From assembly GCA_018882585.1 (NCBI GenBank), contig VFFB01000002.1, forward strand, positions 4,634 to 68,633: DNA of 64,000 nt. The letters run 5' to 3'. The translations under genes were made by a program, and so were the position numbers. Positions 39,334-49,134 of the stretch are shown here, piece after piece. The first letter of the stretch is position 1. Each line of letters begins with the position of its first letter. A model generated the notes under the pieces. That model did not search any database. It saw only the letters and a program-made list of their open reading frames with translations, and was not told the DNA's origin. This DNA is from Candidatus Kapaibacterium sp. (GTDB taxonomy: Bacteria > Bacteroidota > Ignavibacteria > Kapaibacteriales > Kapaibacteriaceae).

Positions 39334-40694
39334 GGTTTTCCGTGCAGCATCGCCGCCGCCCCCTGCAAACCATTCTTACAACCATCGGAATCGTGATGGG
39401 GGCATTGCTATTCACGTCGTGCGAGGACGCAGGTAATACGCCTGTTGACGAGACTTCACGTGTGCGACTGCTCCACATGGCCTACGATGCGCCGAATGTC
39501 GACCTGCGTATCGACGGAGCCGTGGTGGCTGCAGGGGTGAGTCCGCTGCAGAGCAGCGGGTTCGAATCTGCCCTTTCCGGCGCGCGGCGCATCTCGGTGT
39601 CGAATGCCGGCGCTTCGGCCGAACTGCTTACGGCCACCGAAACGCTGAAGAAGAACACGGACTATACCGTGATCACCTTCCCGCCGGCGGCCGCCGTCAG
39701 CGGCGCGCTTGTCGAGGAACCCCGCCTGATCCCCACCGGTTCTGCCATCGTGCGGATGGCGAATGCTACCACCGATGGAGGCTCGCTCGAACTCCGAACA
39801 GCAACGGGCAGCTCGGCCTTTGTTGGCCCTACGGGCCAGGCATCCGTCAGCGCCGCCGTCGAAACGCCGGCCGCAAGCCAGATCCTGCGGCTATACCAGG
39901 GTCAGACCCTGCTGGCCGAATACGCGCCGCTAAGCCTTCTGGCCAACACGTCGTACACGATGGTCGTGTATGGTACGGTGCAGACTACCGACGATGTGCC
40001 GCTGCGCGTTCGGGTCTTCACGGCATCTGGCGATGGCGAAGCCTACACGGAACTCGAATCCATCTCACTGCTCGCCAATGTCATGGTCGTGAATGCCCTT
40101 GTTGGCGCGCAAACGGTCGACGCTGTTGTCGATGGCACCGTCTTGTCATCAGGCATCACATTCGGCACGGCAACGTCATACCTTGGTGTTCAGCCCGGCA
40201 AGCGCCTGTTCGCATTCTCTCGCAGCGGAACGCCCGTCATCAGCACCGAAACGAGCTTCGACTCGCGGTCATCGTACACGGTGTTTGGCACTGGTACGCT
40301 GATTCCGCCGGATGTAGCCCCGATCGTTCTGAAAGACGTCACGACGCCGAACGCCGCACAGGCACTTGTGCGATTCGTGAATGCGGCCCCCGATGCCGGC
40401 ACCGTAGATGTGATAACGCCGCTTGGCATGACAGACTATGAGATACCCGGCATGCAGGGCGTGGCCTTCAGAGAAGTATCGACGTCGACCGCTACGGGTT
40501 CGAACTTCCTGCAGATTCCGGCCTCGCCCGCCGATGCACCGTATCTGCTCAAGATCCGCAAGACGGGTACGACGACGATGCTGACCACGCTCGAAAACGT
40601 CAAGCTGGAAGCCGGAAAGATCTACACGCTGTGGATCGGCGGCCGCGCTTCCGATGGCTCGCTTGCAGCGTACCTGATCAAGCATGAACACTAA
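39330..40694 (+). CDS. DUF4397-repeat lipoprotein.
   Basis: Signal and lipobox ...GALLFTSC. Repeated '[19 protein letters not shown]', '[16 protein letters not shown]', '[19 protein letters not shown]' and '[16 protein letters not shown]' units match DUF4397. The ATG at 39330 overlaps the upstream stop (ATGA). Alternative start at 39306. Confidence 0.75.
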   Translation: MRFSVQHRRRPLQTILTTIGIVMGALLFTSCEDAGNTPVDETSRVRLLHMAYDAPNVDLRIDGAVVAAGVSPLQSSGFESALSGARRISVSNAGASAELLTATETLKKNTDYTVITFPPAAAVSGALVEEPRLIPTGSAIVRMANATTDGGSLELRTATGSSAFVGPTGQASVSAAVETPAASQILRLYQGQTLLAEYAPLSLLANTSYTMVVYGTVQTTDDVPLRVRVFTASGDGEAYTELESISLLANVMVVNALVGAQTVDAVVDGTVLSSGITFGTATSYLGVQPGKRLFAFSRSGTPVISTETSFDSRSSYTVFGTGTLIPPDVAPIVLKDVTTPNAAQALVRFVNAAPDAGTVDVITPLGMTDYEIPGMQGVAFREVSTSTATGSNFLQIPASPADAPYLLKIRKTGTTTMLTTLENVKLEAGKIYTLWIGGRASDGSLAAYLIKHEH

Positions 40695-40779
40695 CGCTGC
40701 ACCATACCACGCCCTGGGTGCACCGGCACACAGAAGCCGTATGTTTGCCCGCGATTCGACACTCCGTCCGTAGAACACC

Positions 40780-42777
40780 ATGCAAACCGAACGCCCAACA
40801 TCATCCGACGGAGCAGCCATCGAGGCGCTCGAAGCGAAAGCTGCGCATCTCGAGTCACAGTTGCACCACGACGTCCGCACGGTTCTAGCCGAATGGGACG
40901 AACGCAAGCGTGCATTCCGGGGCGAGTACTTCGTGTACTCTGTTCGTGGCAAAGAGATCAAGGTGCAGAACCACGTCGAATCACTCTCGCATACCAAGAT
41001 CCCCAAGATCGCCGTTCCGTCGTTCGAAGACTGGGGCGAGATCGTTCGGTGGAGCATGCAGGAGAACTTTCCCGGCAGCTTCCCGTACACGGCCGGCGTC
41101 TATCCGTTCAAGAGGACGAACGAAGACCCCACGCGTATGTTCGCAGGAGAAGGCGGCCCGGAGCGTACCAATAAACGCTTCCACTATCTATCGCTCGGCA
41201 TGCCGGCAGCGCGTCTGTCAACAGCCTTCGACTCGGTGACGCTCTATGGCGAAGACCCTGCGGAGCGCCCCGACATCTATGGAAAGATCGGCAACTCGGG
41301 CGTGAGCATCGCCACACTCGACGATGCAAAGAAACTCTACTCAGGCTTCGATCTCTGCGATCCGTCAACGTCGGTCTCGATGACCATCAACGGTCCGGCA
41401 CCGATGATCCTGGCCTTCTTCATGAATGCGGCCGTCGACCAGCAATGCGAGAAATACATCATCGAGCATGGACTGGTGGATGATGTACAGCGACGCATCG
41501 ACGAGATCTTTGCAGCAAAGGGCATGACACGTCCGCTTTACCGTCAGGCCGATGGTTCGACAGACCTTCCCGAGGGACATCACGGCCTTGGCCTGATGCT
41601 ACTGGGAGTCACGGGCGATCAGGTCCTGCCGGCAGACGTCTACGAGGCATGCAAGGCGCGCGCCCTTCAGCAGGTGCGTGGTACCGTGCAGGCCGACATC
41701 CTGAAGGAAGATCAGGCGCAGAACACCTGCATCTTCTCGACCGAGTTCGCTCTGCGCATGATGGGCGACGTTCAGCAGTACTTCATCGAGCAGCGCGTTC
41801 GCAACTTCTATTCCGTGTCGATCTCGGGATATCACATCGCCGAAGCCGGAGCCAACCCCATCACGCAGCTTGCGCTGACGCTGGCCAACGGCTTCACGTA
41901 CGTCGAATACTACCTGTCGCGGGGCATGGACATCAACGACTTCGCCCCGAACCTGTCGTTCTTCTTCTCGAACGGTGTCGACCCCGAGTACAGCGTCATC
42001 GGCCGCGTAGCACGGCGCATCTGGGCCAAGGCCATCAAAAACAAGTACGGCGGCAACGAGCGATCGCAGATGCTGAAGTATCACATCCAGACGTCCGGAC
42101 GTTCGCTGCATGCGCAGGAGATCGACTTCAACGACATCCGGACGACGCTGCAGGCACTGTATGCCATCTACGACAACTGCAATTCGCTGCATACCAATGC
42201 GTATGACGAGGCGATCACGACGCCAACCGAGGAGAGCGTGCGCCGCGCCGTTGCCATCCAGCTGATCATCAATCGCGAGCTCGGTCTGGCCAAGAACGAG
42301 AATCCCCTTCAGGGGTCGTTCATCATCGAAGATCTGACAGATCTGGTCGAGGAAGCCGTGTACGCCGAGTTCCGCCGCATCAGTGATCGCGGTGGCGTAC
42401 TCGGGGCCATGGAAAACATGTATCAGCGCAACAAGATCCAGGAAGAGTCGCTGTACTACGAAACGCTGAAGCATACGGGAGAGTATCCCATCGTAGGTGT
42501 CAACACCTTCCTAAGTTCGAAGGGCTCGCCGACGATCATTCCCGACGAAGTCATCCGATCCACGCCGGCCGAGAAACAGCAGCAGATCGCCAATGTTCGG
42601 GCGTTTCAGCATCGGCATGACGGTGTCGCCCCCGATGCGCTGCATCAGCTCAAGCAGGCTGCGGTACGCAACCAGAATATCTTTGCCGCGCTGATGGATG
42701 CTGCCAAGACCTGTTCGCTTGGTCAGCTGACGAATGCGCTGTACCAGGTTGGCGGACAGTATCGACGGAACATGTGA
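40780..42777 (+). CDS. Methylmalonyl-CoA mutase-family catalytic (substrate-binding TIM-barrel) domain protein, IcmF C-terminal-like.
   Basis: [42 protein letters not shown] and downstream mutase-family segments, about 665 aa. Confidence 0.88.
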   Translation: MQTERPTSSDGAAIEALEAKAAHLESQLHHDVRTVLAEWDERKRAFRGEYFVYSVRGKEIKVQNHVESLSHTKIPKIAVPSFEDWGEIVRWSMQENFPGSFPYTAGVYPFKRTNEDPTRMFAGEGGPERTNKRFHYLSLGMPAARLSTAFDSVTLYGEDPAERPDIYGKIGNSGVSIATLDDAKKLYSGFDLCDPSTSVSMTINGPAPMILAFFMNAAVDQQCEKYIIEHGLVDDVQRRIDEIFAAKGMTRPLYRQADGSTDLPEGHHGLGLMLLGVTGDQVLPADVYEACKARALQQVRGTVQADILKEDQAQNTCIFSTEFALRMMGDVQQYFIEQRVRNFYSVSISGYHIAEAGANPITQLALTLANGFTYVEYYLSRGMDINDFAPNLSFFFSNGVDPEYSVIGRVARRIWAKAIKNKYGGNERSQMLKYHIQTSGRSLHAQEIDFNDIRTTLQALYAIYDNCNSLHTNAYDEAITTPTEESVRRAVAIQLIINRELGLAKNENPLQGSFIIEDLTDLVEEAVYAEFRRISDRGGVLGAMENMYQRNKIQEESLYYETLKHTGEYPIVGVNTFLSSKGSPTIIPDEVIRSTPAEKQQQIANVRAFQHRHDGVAPDALHQLKQAAVRNQNIFAALMDAAKTCSLGQLTNALYQVGGQYRRNM

Positions 42778-42799
42778 CCACGCTACAGTTACAACAAAC

Positions 42800-43564
42800 A
42801 TGAAGCTGCCCAGAGAGTATTCGGTCTTTCTGCCTATCCGTCGCGGCATGCAGGGTCGGTCCGTCCGCCTCGTCCAGGAGTGGCTTCATCTGCACGACCA
42901 CTGTGTTGCGATCGACGGAGATTACGGCGCGGCAACCGAGGCAATGGTCCGCAAGTTTCAGACGTCGGCGAAACTTCACCCCACGGGCGTGATCGACGAG
43001 GATACAATGGCCTCGCTGCTGCGTCCGATACTCACGGCCACACGCCAACTTTCCACCACGGCCGAAACGTATGCACAGCGCGTGCTTGCTGCCGCAAGAC
43101 AGCATCTACGACAACAGCCGCGCAGCATCGGACACAACCAGGGTCCGTGGGTACGACTCTATCTGCAGGGATTGGAAACGGCATCTGATCACTGGAATGT
43201 TGCCTTCGTTTCGTACATGCTGGATCATGCCGACGAGAATATTCCCCCATCGCCGCGTCGATTGCCCAACACAATGGATATGCAGGTGATCGCCACCGAT
43301 GCCATCGCTGCAAACCGCTTCGTGCCTGGCTCCCTTGTTGCCGAGGATGCCTCGATCCGTGCGGAGATACCTCCCGGCAGCATCTTTCTGCGTCGCAGTG
43401 AAGGCAGCAGCGATGCATGGTCACATTGCGGCGTCGTTACCGCCTTCATGTCGGAGTATGTCGAGACGATAGAAGTATCCCTCCACGACGGAACGTCTGC
43501 CAACGGTTCTAATGTATGCCGACGGTTCCGCAGTTATTCCAACCTCGACTTCGTGCGCATGTGA
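42800..43564 (+). CDS. Peptidoglycan-binding (PG_binding_1) domain protein, possible cell-wall hydrolase.
   Basis: GMQGRSVRLVQEWLHLHDHCVAIDGDYGAATEAMVRKFQ...HPTGVIDEDT is a PG-binding helix bundle. The C-terminal half is unassigned. Start at MKLPREY. Confidence 0.6.
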   Translation: MKLPREYSVFLPIRRGMQGRSVRLVQEWLHLHDHCVAIDGDYGAATEAMVRKFQTSAKLHPTGVIDEDTMASLLRPILTATRQLSTTAETYAQRVLAAARQHLRQQPRSIGHNQGPWVRLYLQGLETASDHWNVAFVSYMLDHADENIPPSPRRLPNTMDMQVIATDAIAANRFVPGSLVAEDASIRAEIPPGSIFLRRSEGSSDAWSHCGVVTAFMSEYVETIEVSLHDGTSANGSNVCRRFRSYSNLDFVRM

Positions 43565-44502
43565 GCGTCACGTTCCACCACATCGTGGAAGCGGCCCGAC
43601 GTATCGGGCCATACATTCATCGCACGCCGATCCTGACGTCGGCCTACTTCAACGATCTGTTCAGCGCAGAGCTGTTCTTCAAGTGTGAGCATCTGCAACG
43701 CATCGGTGCCTTCAAGGCCCGCGGTGCGTGTAATGCTGTTATGCAGCTCGACGCCGAAACAGCCCGGCACGGCGTGATCACCCACAGCAGCGGCAACCAC
43801 GCACAGGCCCTTGCCTACGCCGCCACCCTTCGGTCCATCCCCTGCACCATCGTTATGCCCCGCACCGCCCCCCTGATTAAAAAGCAGGCTGTGATGGGTT
43901 ATGGGGCGATGGTGGTCGAGTGCGAGCCGACGCTGGAGGACCGCGAGCGGACGATGCAGGCCATTGCGCAGCAGACGGGGGCGCATATCGTGCCGCCGTA
44001 CAATGACGAACGCGTGATCGCCGGACAGGGGACGGCTGCGATGGAGCTACTGGAGGACGTGGCCAACCTTGACGTGATCATGGCACCCGTGGGTGGTGGC
44101 GGACTGATGAGCGGCACCGCGATCGCGGCACGTGCCATGGTGCCGAACATTGATATCATCGGTGCCGAGCCGGCCGAAGCCGCCGACGCACGGATATCAC
44201 TTGAGACGGGCGTGCTGCAGGGGCCGCCGCAGACAATGACCATTGCCGACGGACTGCGGACCGCGCTGGGCGATATCACCTTCGGCATCCTGCAGGAAAC
44301 GCACGTGCGCATCGTGACGGCCTCCGAAGACAGCATCCGCGAAGGACTCTTCCGCGTGATGGAGCGCATGAAGCAGGTGGTCGAACCATCGGCCACCGTA
44401 ACCATCGGCGCCTTGATGGAACAACCTGACCTTGTGCGTGGCAAACGCGTGGGTGTGATCATTTGCGGAGGCAACCTTGACATCCGAACACTCAACAGGT
44501 AG
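43516..44502 (+). CDS. PLP-dependent serine/threonine dehydratase or racemase family enzyme (fold type II).
   Basis: ...CEHLQRIGAFKARGACNAV (PLP lysine) and HSSGNHAQALAYAA. The start is uncertain between ATG 43516, which overlaps the upstream gene by 49 nt, and GTG 43561. Confidence 0.85.
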   Translation: MPTVPQLFQPRLRAHVSVTFHHIVEAARRIGPYIHRTPILTSAYFNDLFSAELFFKCEHLQRIGAFKARGACNAVMQLDAETARHGVITHSSGNHAQALAYAATLRSIPCTIVMPRTAPLIKKQAVMGYGAMVVECEPTLEDRERTMQAIAQQTGAHIVPPYNDERVIAGQGTAAMELLEDVANLDVIMAPVGGGGLMSGTAIAARAMVPNIDIIGAEPAEAADARISLETGVLQGPPQTMTIADGLRTALGDITFGILQETHVRIVTASEDSIREGLFRVMERMKQVVEPSATVTIGALMEQPDLVRGKRVGVIICGGNLDIRTLNR

Positions 44503-44508
44503 GCGACC

Positions 44509-46548
44509 ATGATCCGGTTTGTGATGCTTTGCCTTGCCGCCGCCGCCACGCTCACGGCACAGACCATGCCGTTGCGTCGAGAACTTCAACTGTCAGACAC
44601 CCTGCGCAGGGTAATACTGGACGGCATTTGGACGTCGGCCCATCCAACCTTTGGATATGCACCAACCGAGATGGAGCAGTACGGTCCCGACCCATTTCTG
44701 CTGCGCAACGTGCGGCTGCTATTCAACGACGTACTGTCTGTGCCCCGCATGGGTGGTACTACGTCGAAGAACCTGCTTGCAGCCACCGACATTGCGGCAC
44801 TTATCCGCACCGGCTATGGATTGACCGACGTGTCGGCCGGCCGTTTCCTGCCATTGCCCGACAGCAGCAACCCCACGGTTGATTCCATGCCTGCAGCGTT
44901 GCCGTTCCACGTGCGACGTCTTGTTGCCCATATCAACGCGGCCTTGGATGATGCCGCGCCGTGGTATCGGAAGGCGATCGCCGAGACGCCCATCGAGCGT
45001 CGCCTGCGCGACGCACCGGCGACCGAGCGTGCACGCAAGGCGCTTGCCCTGGCGCAGGCGCTGTGGCGTGACGACAGGCTGGACCAGATGGCAACCAGCG
45101 ACGTTGATGCCATGCCGCTGCTCCGCACATTCGATCGCAGGTCCATGGCCTTTGCATCCGTCATCCTTGCGGCCCACCTTGACAGTGCCTTGAAGGAGTA
45201 TCGGAGTGCCGACTCGGCACAGCCGTTCTCGGGCACTGGCCGCTGGAGGATCGTCCACCCCATGGGTACCATCCTGATAACCGGGTCGACGGCCGACACC
45301 ATCACCGCTGCCGACGATGCCATGTGCGTGATCGACCTTGGCGGAAACGATCTCTACATCGGCGCCGTTGGCTGTGCCATCGGCCCGTCACGTCCGTTCG
45401 GCATTGTCGTTGATATGGGTGGTGACGATCGCTACACGGCACAGGACGACACGCTTTCCATCGGCTCGGCCGTCTTCGGCGTCTCGCTGCTGGTGGACGT
45501 TGCAGGGTCCGACATCTATCACGGTCTGACATCGTCGATCGGTTCTGCCTGGTTCGGTACAGCCGCCGTCATCGACATGCGTGGCAACGATCAGTACACC
45601 GTCGACGGTATCTACGGACAGGGAGCCGGCACGGCCGGTGTGGGCTTGGTGGACGACCGTGCGGGCGACGACGTGTACATCATCGCAGCCGAAGGTCAGG
45701 CCTTTGCCCAGACCTATGGCGCGGGCCTGTTAGTCGACCGTGGTGGCAACGACCGTTACACGGCACGCTTGGACGGTGCTCCTTCGGAACTCTACCTGGG
45801 CCAGAGCGTCTCGCGCGCCCAGGGCGCGGCCTTCGGCCGCCGTGCCGACCTTGGCGACGGCCACAGTCTTTCCGGTGGCGTGGCCATGCTGGCCGACGCT
45901 GCCGGCGACGACATCTATACGGCCGCTGCATGGAGTCAGGGTTGCGGCTACTGGTGGGCCGCCGGCTTTCTGGAAGATCTTGACGGCAACGACACCTACA
46001 TCAACGGCAAGTATTCGTTGGGAGCAGGTGCGCACTTCGCCATCGGCTGCATTGCAGATCTGCGGGGCGACGATGCGTACAACGTCGACAACGACGATGC
46101 CGTCAACCAATACCACGGTCATGCACGCGACGGATCCATCGGCGTGGCCTTCGACGGTGATGGCAACGACCGGTATCACTTCCGGTCGCACTGCGGCGGA
46201 TCGGCCGACCTTGGATCCATAGGTCTGTTCTGGGATCGGGCCGGAGACGACACCTACGACGTGCTGTTCGACCCACCGGCCGATGCCGACTCCACGTCTT
46301 GGGCCAATACACCACCCATGGGCACGGCCACCGTGTATGAACCCTTCGGGACGTTTCGCGATGACGTATTGACCGTTGGAGTGTTCATCGACGGCTCGGG
46401 AACGGACGCCTATGCGTGGGGAAGCGCGTCGGGCAGTACGGTCACCCCAAAGGACGGCGCCGTCGATCCGCAACGTCGAACCGGTAACGGTCGTACCTCG
46501 ACCCTTATCAGAGCCCCACGCTCGCGAGGACTGTTCATCGATCGTTGA
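44509..46548 (+). CDS. Secreted repeat protein: unassigned N-terminal domain, then about 12 spaced 'hVD-x-GGND-x-Y' repeats (beta-solenoid or FG-GAP-like, putative Ca-binding).
   Basis: Signal peptide MIRFVMLCLAAAATLTAQT. The repeats are VIDLGGNDLY, VVDMGGDDRY, LVDVAGSDIY, VIDMRGNDQY, LVDDRAGDDVY, LVDRGGNDRY, LADAAGDDIY, LEDLDGNDTY, IADLRGDDAY, AFDGDGNDRY, FWDRAGDDTY and FIDGSGTDAY, each about 23-27 aa apart (about nt 45328-46420). Confidence 0.7.
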   Translation: MIRFVMLCLAAAATLTAQTMPLRRELQLSDTLRRVILDGIWTSAHPTFGYAPTEMEQYGPDPFLLRNVRLLFNDVLSVPRMGGTTSKNLLAATDIAALIRTGYGLTDVSAGRFLPLPDSSNPTVDSMPAALPFHVRRLVAHINAALDDAAPWYRKAIAETPIERRLRDAPATERARKALALAQALWRDDRLDQMATSDVDAMPLLRTFDRRSMAFASVILAAHLDSALKEYRSADSAQPFSGTGRWRIVHPMGTILITGSTADTITAADDAMCVIDLGGNDLYIGAVGCAIGPSRPFGIVVDMGGDDRYTAQDDTLSIGSAVFGVSLLVDVAGSDIYHGLTSSIGSAWFGTAAVIDMRGNDQYTVDGIYGQGAGTAGVGLVDDRAGDDVYIIAAEGQAFAQTYGAGLLVDRGGNDRYTARLDGAPSELYLGQSVSRAQGAAFGRRADLGDGHSLSGGVAMLADAAGDDIYTAAAWSQGCGYWWAAGFLEDLDGNDTYINGKYSLGAGAHFAIGCIADLRGDDAYNVDNDDAVNQYHGHARDGSIGVAFDGDGNDRYHFRSHCGGSADLGSIGLFWDRAGDDTYDVLFDPPADADSTSWANTPPMGTATVYEPFGTFRDDVLTVGVFIDGSGTDAYAWGSASGSTVTPKDGAVDPQRRTGNGRTSTLIRAPRSRGLFIDR

Positions 46549-46645
46549 TATCGATCAATGATCGTGTACAAAGCCCGTCAAGCGAACGGCATTTCGTAGT
46601 TTCGCGGACTTATCCACAACAACACCCAGCAATCGTACGGCGATC

Positions 46646-48103
46646 ATGACCGGATACGAGGCCATCATCGGATTGGAGATTCACGCCCAGCTCAAAACGG
46701 CGTCGAAGGCCTTTTGTGCCTGTCCGACAACCTTTGGTGCATCGCCCAACGTCAATGTCTGTCCGATCTGCCTTGGTCATCCCGGCACGCTGCCGGTGCT
46801 CAACCGTAATCTCGTGGCCTATGCCGTCACGCTTGGGCTTGCCACCAATTGTCAGATCCGCAGGCAGAGCACGTTCTCGCGCAAGAACTACTTCTATGCC
46901 GACCTGCCCAAGGGCTATCAGATCACGCAGTACGAAGACCCCATCTGCTACGGTGGGTCGGTCGAGATCGAGACCGACGACGGTGTCAAGCGCATTGGCA
47001 TTACGCGCATCCACATGGAAGAAGACTCGGGCAAGAGCATTCACGATCTTGACATCGACACGCTGGTCGACCTGAACCGTGCCGGCGTGCCGCTGTTGGA
47101 GATCGTGAGCGAGCCCGACATTCGAACGGCTCGCGAGGCCTACCTGTACCTGCAGCAGTTGCGGCAGACCCTGCTGTATCTGGACATCTGCGACGGCAAC
47201 ATGGAAGAAGGCTCTCTGCGTTGCGACGCCAACGTCTCGGTACGTAAGGTTGGCGAAACGCGTTTTGGCACCAAGACCGAAGTCAAGAACCTCAACTCCT
47301 TCCGCAACGTCGAAAAAGCCATCGAGTACGAGATCGTCCGTCAGATCGAGGTGATCGAGTCAGGGGGCAAGGTGCAGCAGCAGACCATGCAGTGGGATGC
47401 CGCCAAGCAGCAGACCAAGGTGATGCGAAGCAAGGAGCAGGCGCACGACTACCGGTATTTTCCCGAGCCTGACCTGGGGCCCGTCGTTGTTGACGACCTG
47501 TGGAAGGAACAGCTGCGTGCGGCATTGCCGGAGCTGGGCCTTGCCCGCAAGCGGCGCTTCATGGCTGCATACGGTCTGCCCTCGTACGACGCTGCCATTC
47601 TTGTAGACGACGTTGCCGTGGCGGACTACTACGAAGAGGCCTGTGCCAACCTTGGAACGGCCGACGCCGAAGCGTACAAGGCTGTGAGCAACTGGATCAT
47701 GACGGAATTGCTGCGCATCATGGGACAGCAGAAGTGTGGCATCCGCGAAGCCGGATGCACGCCTGCCCAGCTGGCATCGCTCGTTATGGCCGTCAAGAAC
47801 GACGTCATCAGCAACAAGACAGCCAAGGACATCTTTCCGGCCATGCTCGAAACGGGCAAGACGGCCGATGTCATCATCGAAGAGCAGGGATTGCGGCAGG
47901 TATCCGACACGGCGGCCATCAAGTTGCTGGTGGACAAGGTGCTGGCAGACAATCCCGACAACCTTGCGAAATACAAGAGTGGAAAGACGAACCTCTTTGG
48001 CTTCTTCGTCGGCCAGGTCTTAAAAGCCTCCGGTGGATCGGCCAATCCCGGCATTGTGAGCAGCATGATGAAGGAAGCGCTTGATGCGTCCGACCCGCAG
48101 TAA
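46646..48103 (+). CDS. gatB: Asp-tRNA(Asn)/Glu-tRNA(Gln) amidotransferase subunit B.
   Basis: MTGYEAIIGLEIHAQLKT...CPICLGHPGTLP, the canonical GatB N-terminus, at 485 aa. Confidence 0.95.
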   Translation: MTGYEAIIGLEIHAQLKTASKAFCACPTTFGASPNVNVCPICLGHPGTLPVLNRNLVAYAVTLGLATNCQIRRQSTFSRKNYFYADLPKGYQITQYEDPICYGGSVEIETDDGVKRIGITRIHMEEDSGKSIHDLDIDTLVDLNRAGVPLLEIVSEPDIRTAREAYLYLQQLRQTLLYLDICDGNMEEGSLRCDANVSVRKVGETRFGTKTEVKNLNSFRNVEKAIEYEIVRQIEVIESGGKVQQQTMQWDAAKQQTKVMRSKEQAHDYRYFPEPDLGPVVVDDLWKEQLRAALPELGLARKRRFMAAYGLPSYDAAILVDDVAVADYYEEACANLGTADAEAYKAVSNWIMTELLRIMGQQKCGIREAGCTPAQLASLVMAVKNDVISNKTAKDIFPAMLETGKTADVIIEEQGLRQVSDTAAIKLLVDKVLADNPDNLAKYKSGKTNLFGFFVGQVLKASGGSANPGIVSSMMKEALDASDPQ

Positions 48104-48136
48104 GCGGGCGACCACGAAATCACGCCCGGAGGTGTT

Positions 48137-49099
48137 ATGCCGATTACGCCAACACGATTCATATGGAAAGACGGACGGTTCATCCCTTTTGAAAAGGCGA
48201 CGATCCACGTGCTGTCGCACGTTGTGCATTACGGTTCGTCGTGGTTCGAGGGCATCCGTGCCTACGCTACCAAGCGTGGTACGGCCATGTTCCGTGTAGA
48301 CGAACACATGCGGCGGCTGCATCACTCACTGAAGGTCTACCGTTCGGCCATGCCTTGGAGTGCCGAGGAGCTGACCGTGGCGGCAGCCGAGCTTATCAAG
48401 CGCAATGGCCTTTCCACGTGTTACGTGCGGCCGTTCGCGCTGCGTGGCAAGGGCGACATGGGAGTCTATGCGCTCCGTTGTCCACTCGAAGTCTACATTG
48501 CCGCCTGGGAATGGGGGGCCTATCTGGGCGACGAGGCGGCCGAGAACGGCGTTGACGTCTGTATCTCGTCGTGGGACCGCATCACACCAAACGCCCTGCC
48601 CAGCACGTCGAAGGCCGGCGGGAACTACATGAATTCGCAGCTTGTAAAGATGGAGGCCGTCGAAAACGGCTATGCCGAAGGCATCTGTCTGGATGCCTAT
48701 GGCAACATTGCCGAGGGCAGCGGCGAGAACGTCTTCATCGTGGTCAATGGCCAGCTCATCACACCACCGGCGGCAACGTCGTTGTTGCCGGGCATCACGC
48801 GGGACACCGTCATGACCTTGGCGACCGACCTGGGAATGACGGTACGCGAGGCCAACATCACGCGGGCCATGGTCTATTCGGCCGACGAGATGTTCCTGAC
48901 GGGTACGGCTGTCGAGGTAACGCCGGTCAAGAGCGTCGACCGTATCCCTGTCGGCAACGGCCGGGTAGGTCCGGCCACCAAGGCCATTCAGCGGCGGTTC
49001 AGCGGCATGATCAGCACGGGCGACGATCCGCACGGCTGGCTCACCTTTGTTGACGACGTGGCCACATCCAAGGCTCGACGTCGGGCAGCGACCAAGTAA
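48137..49099 (+). CDS. ilvE: Branched-chain amino acid aminotransferase (fold type IV).
   Basis: ...FIPFEKATIHVLSHVVHYGSSWFEGIRAY, the catalytic Lys region (SKAGGNYM) and about 320 aa. Confidence 0.9.
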   Translation: MPITPTRFIWKDGRFIPFEKATIHVLSHVVHYGSSWFEGIRAYATKRGTAMFRVDEHMRRLHHSLKVYRSAMPWSAEELTVAAAELIKRNGLSTCYVRPFALRGKGDMGVYALRCPLEVYIAAWEWGAYLGDEAAENGVDVCISSWDRITPNALPSTSKAGGNYMNSQLVKMEAVENGYAEGICLDAYGNIAEGSGENVFIVVNGQLITPPAATSLLPGITRDTVMTLATDLGMTVREANITRAMVYSADEMFLTGTAVEVTPVKSVDRIPVGNGRVGPATKAIQRRFSGMISTGDDPHGWLTFVDDVATSKARRRAATK

Positions 49100-49134
49100 C
49101 GACAACAACCTATATCTCTGGAGAACGAATCATC

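Noticed and set aside
41599-42474. 291-aa minus-strand ORF antisense to the mutase catalytic gene.
   Set aside because: It overlaps a confidently identified mutase domain and has no motifs.
45730-46473. 247-aa minus-strand ORF antisense to the repeat protein.
   Set aside because: It is an antisense frame of a repeat-rich GC region. The plus-strand gene has a signal peptide and periodic motifs.
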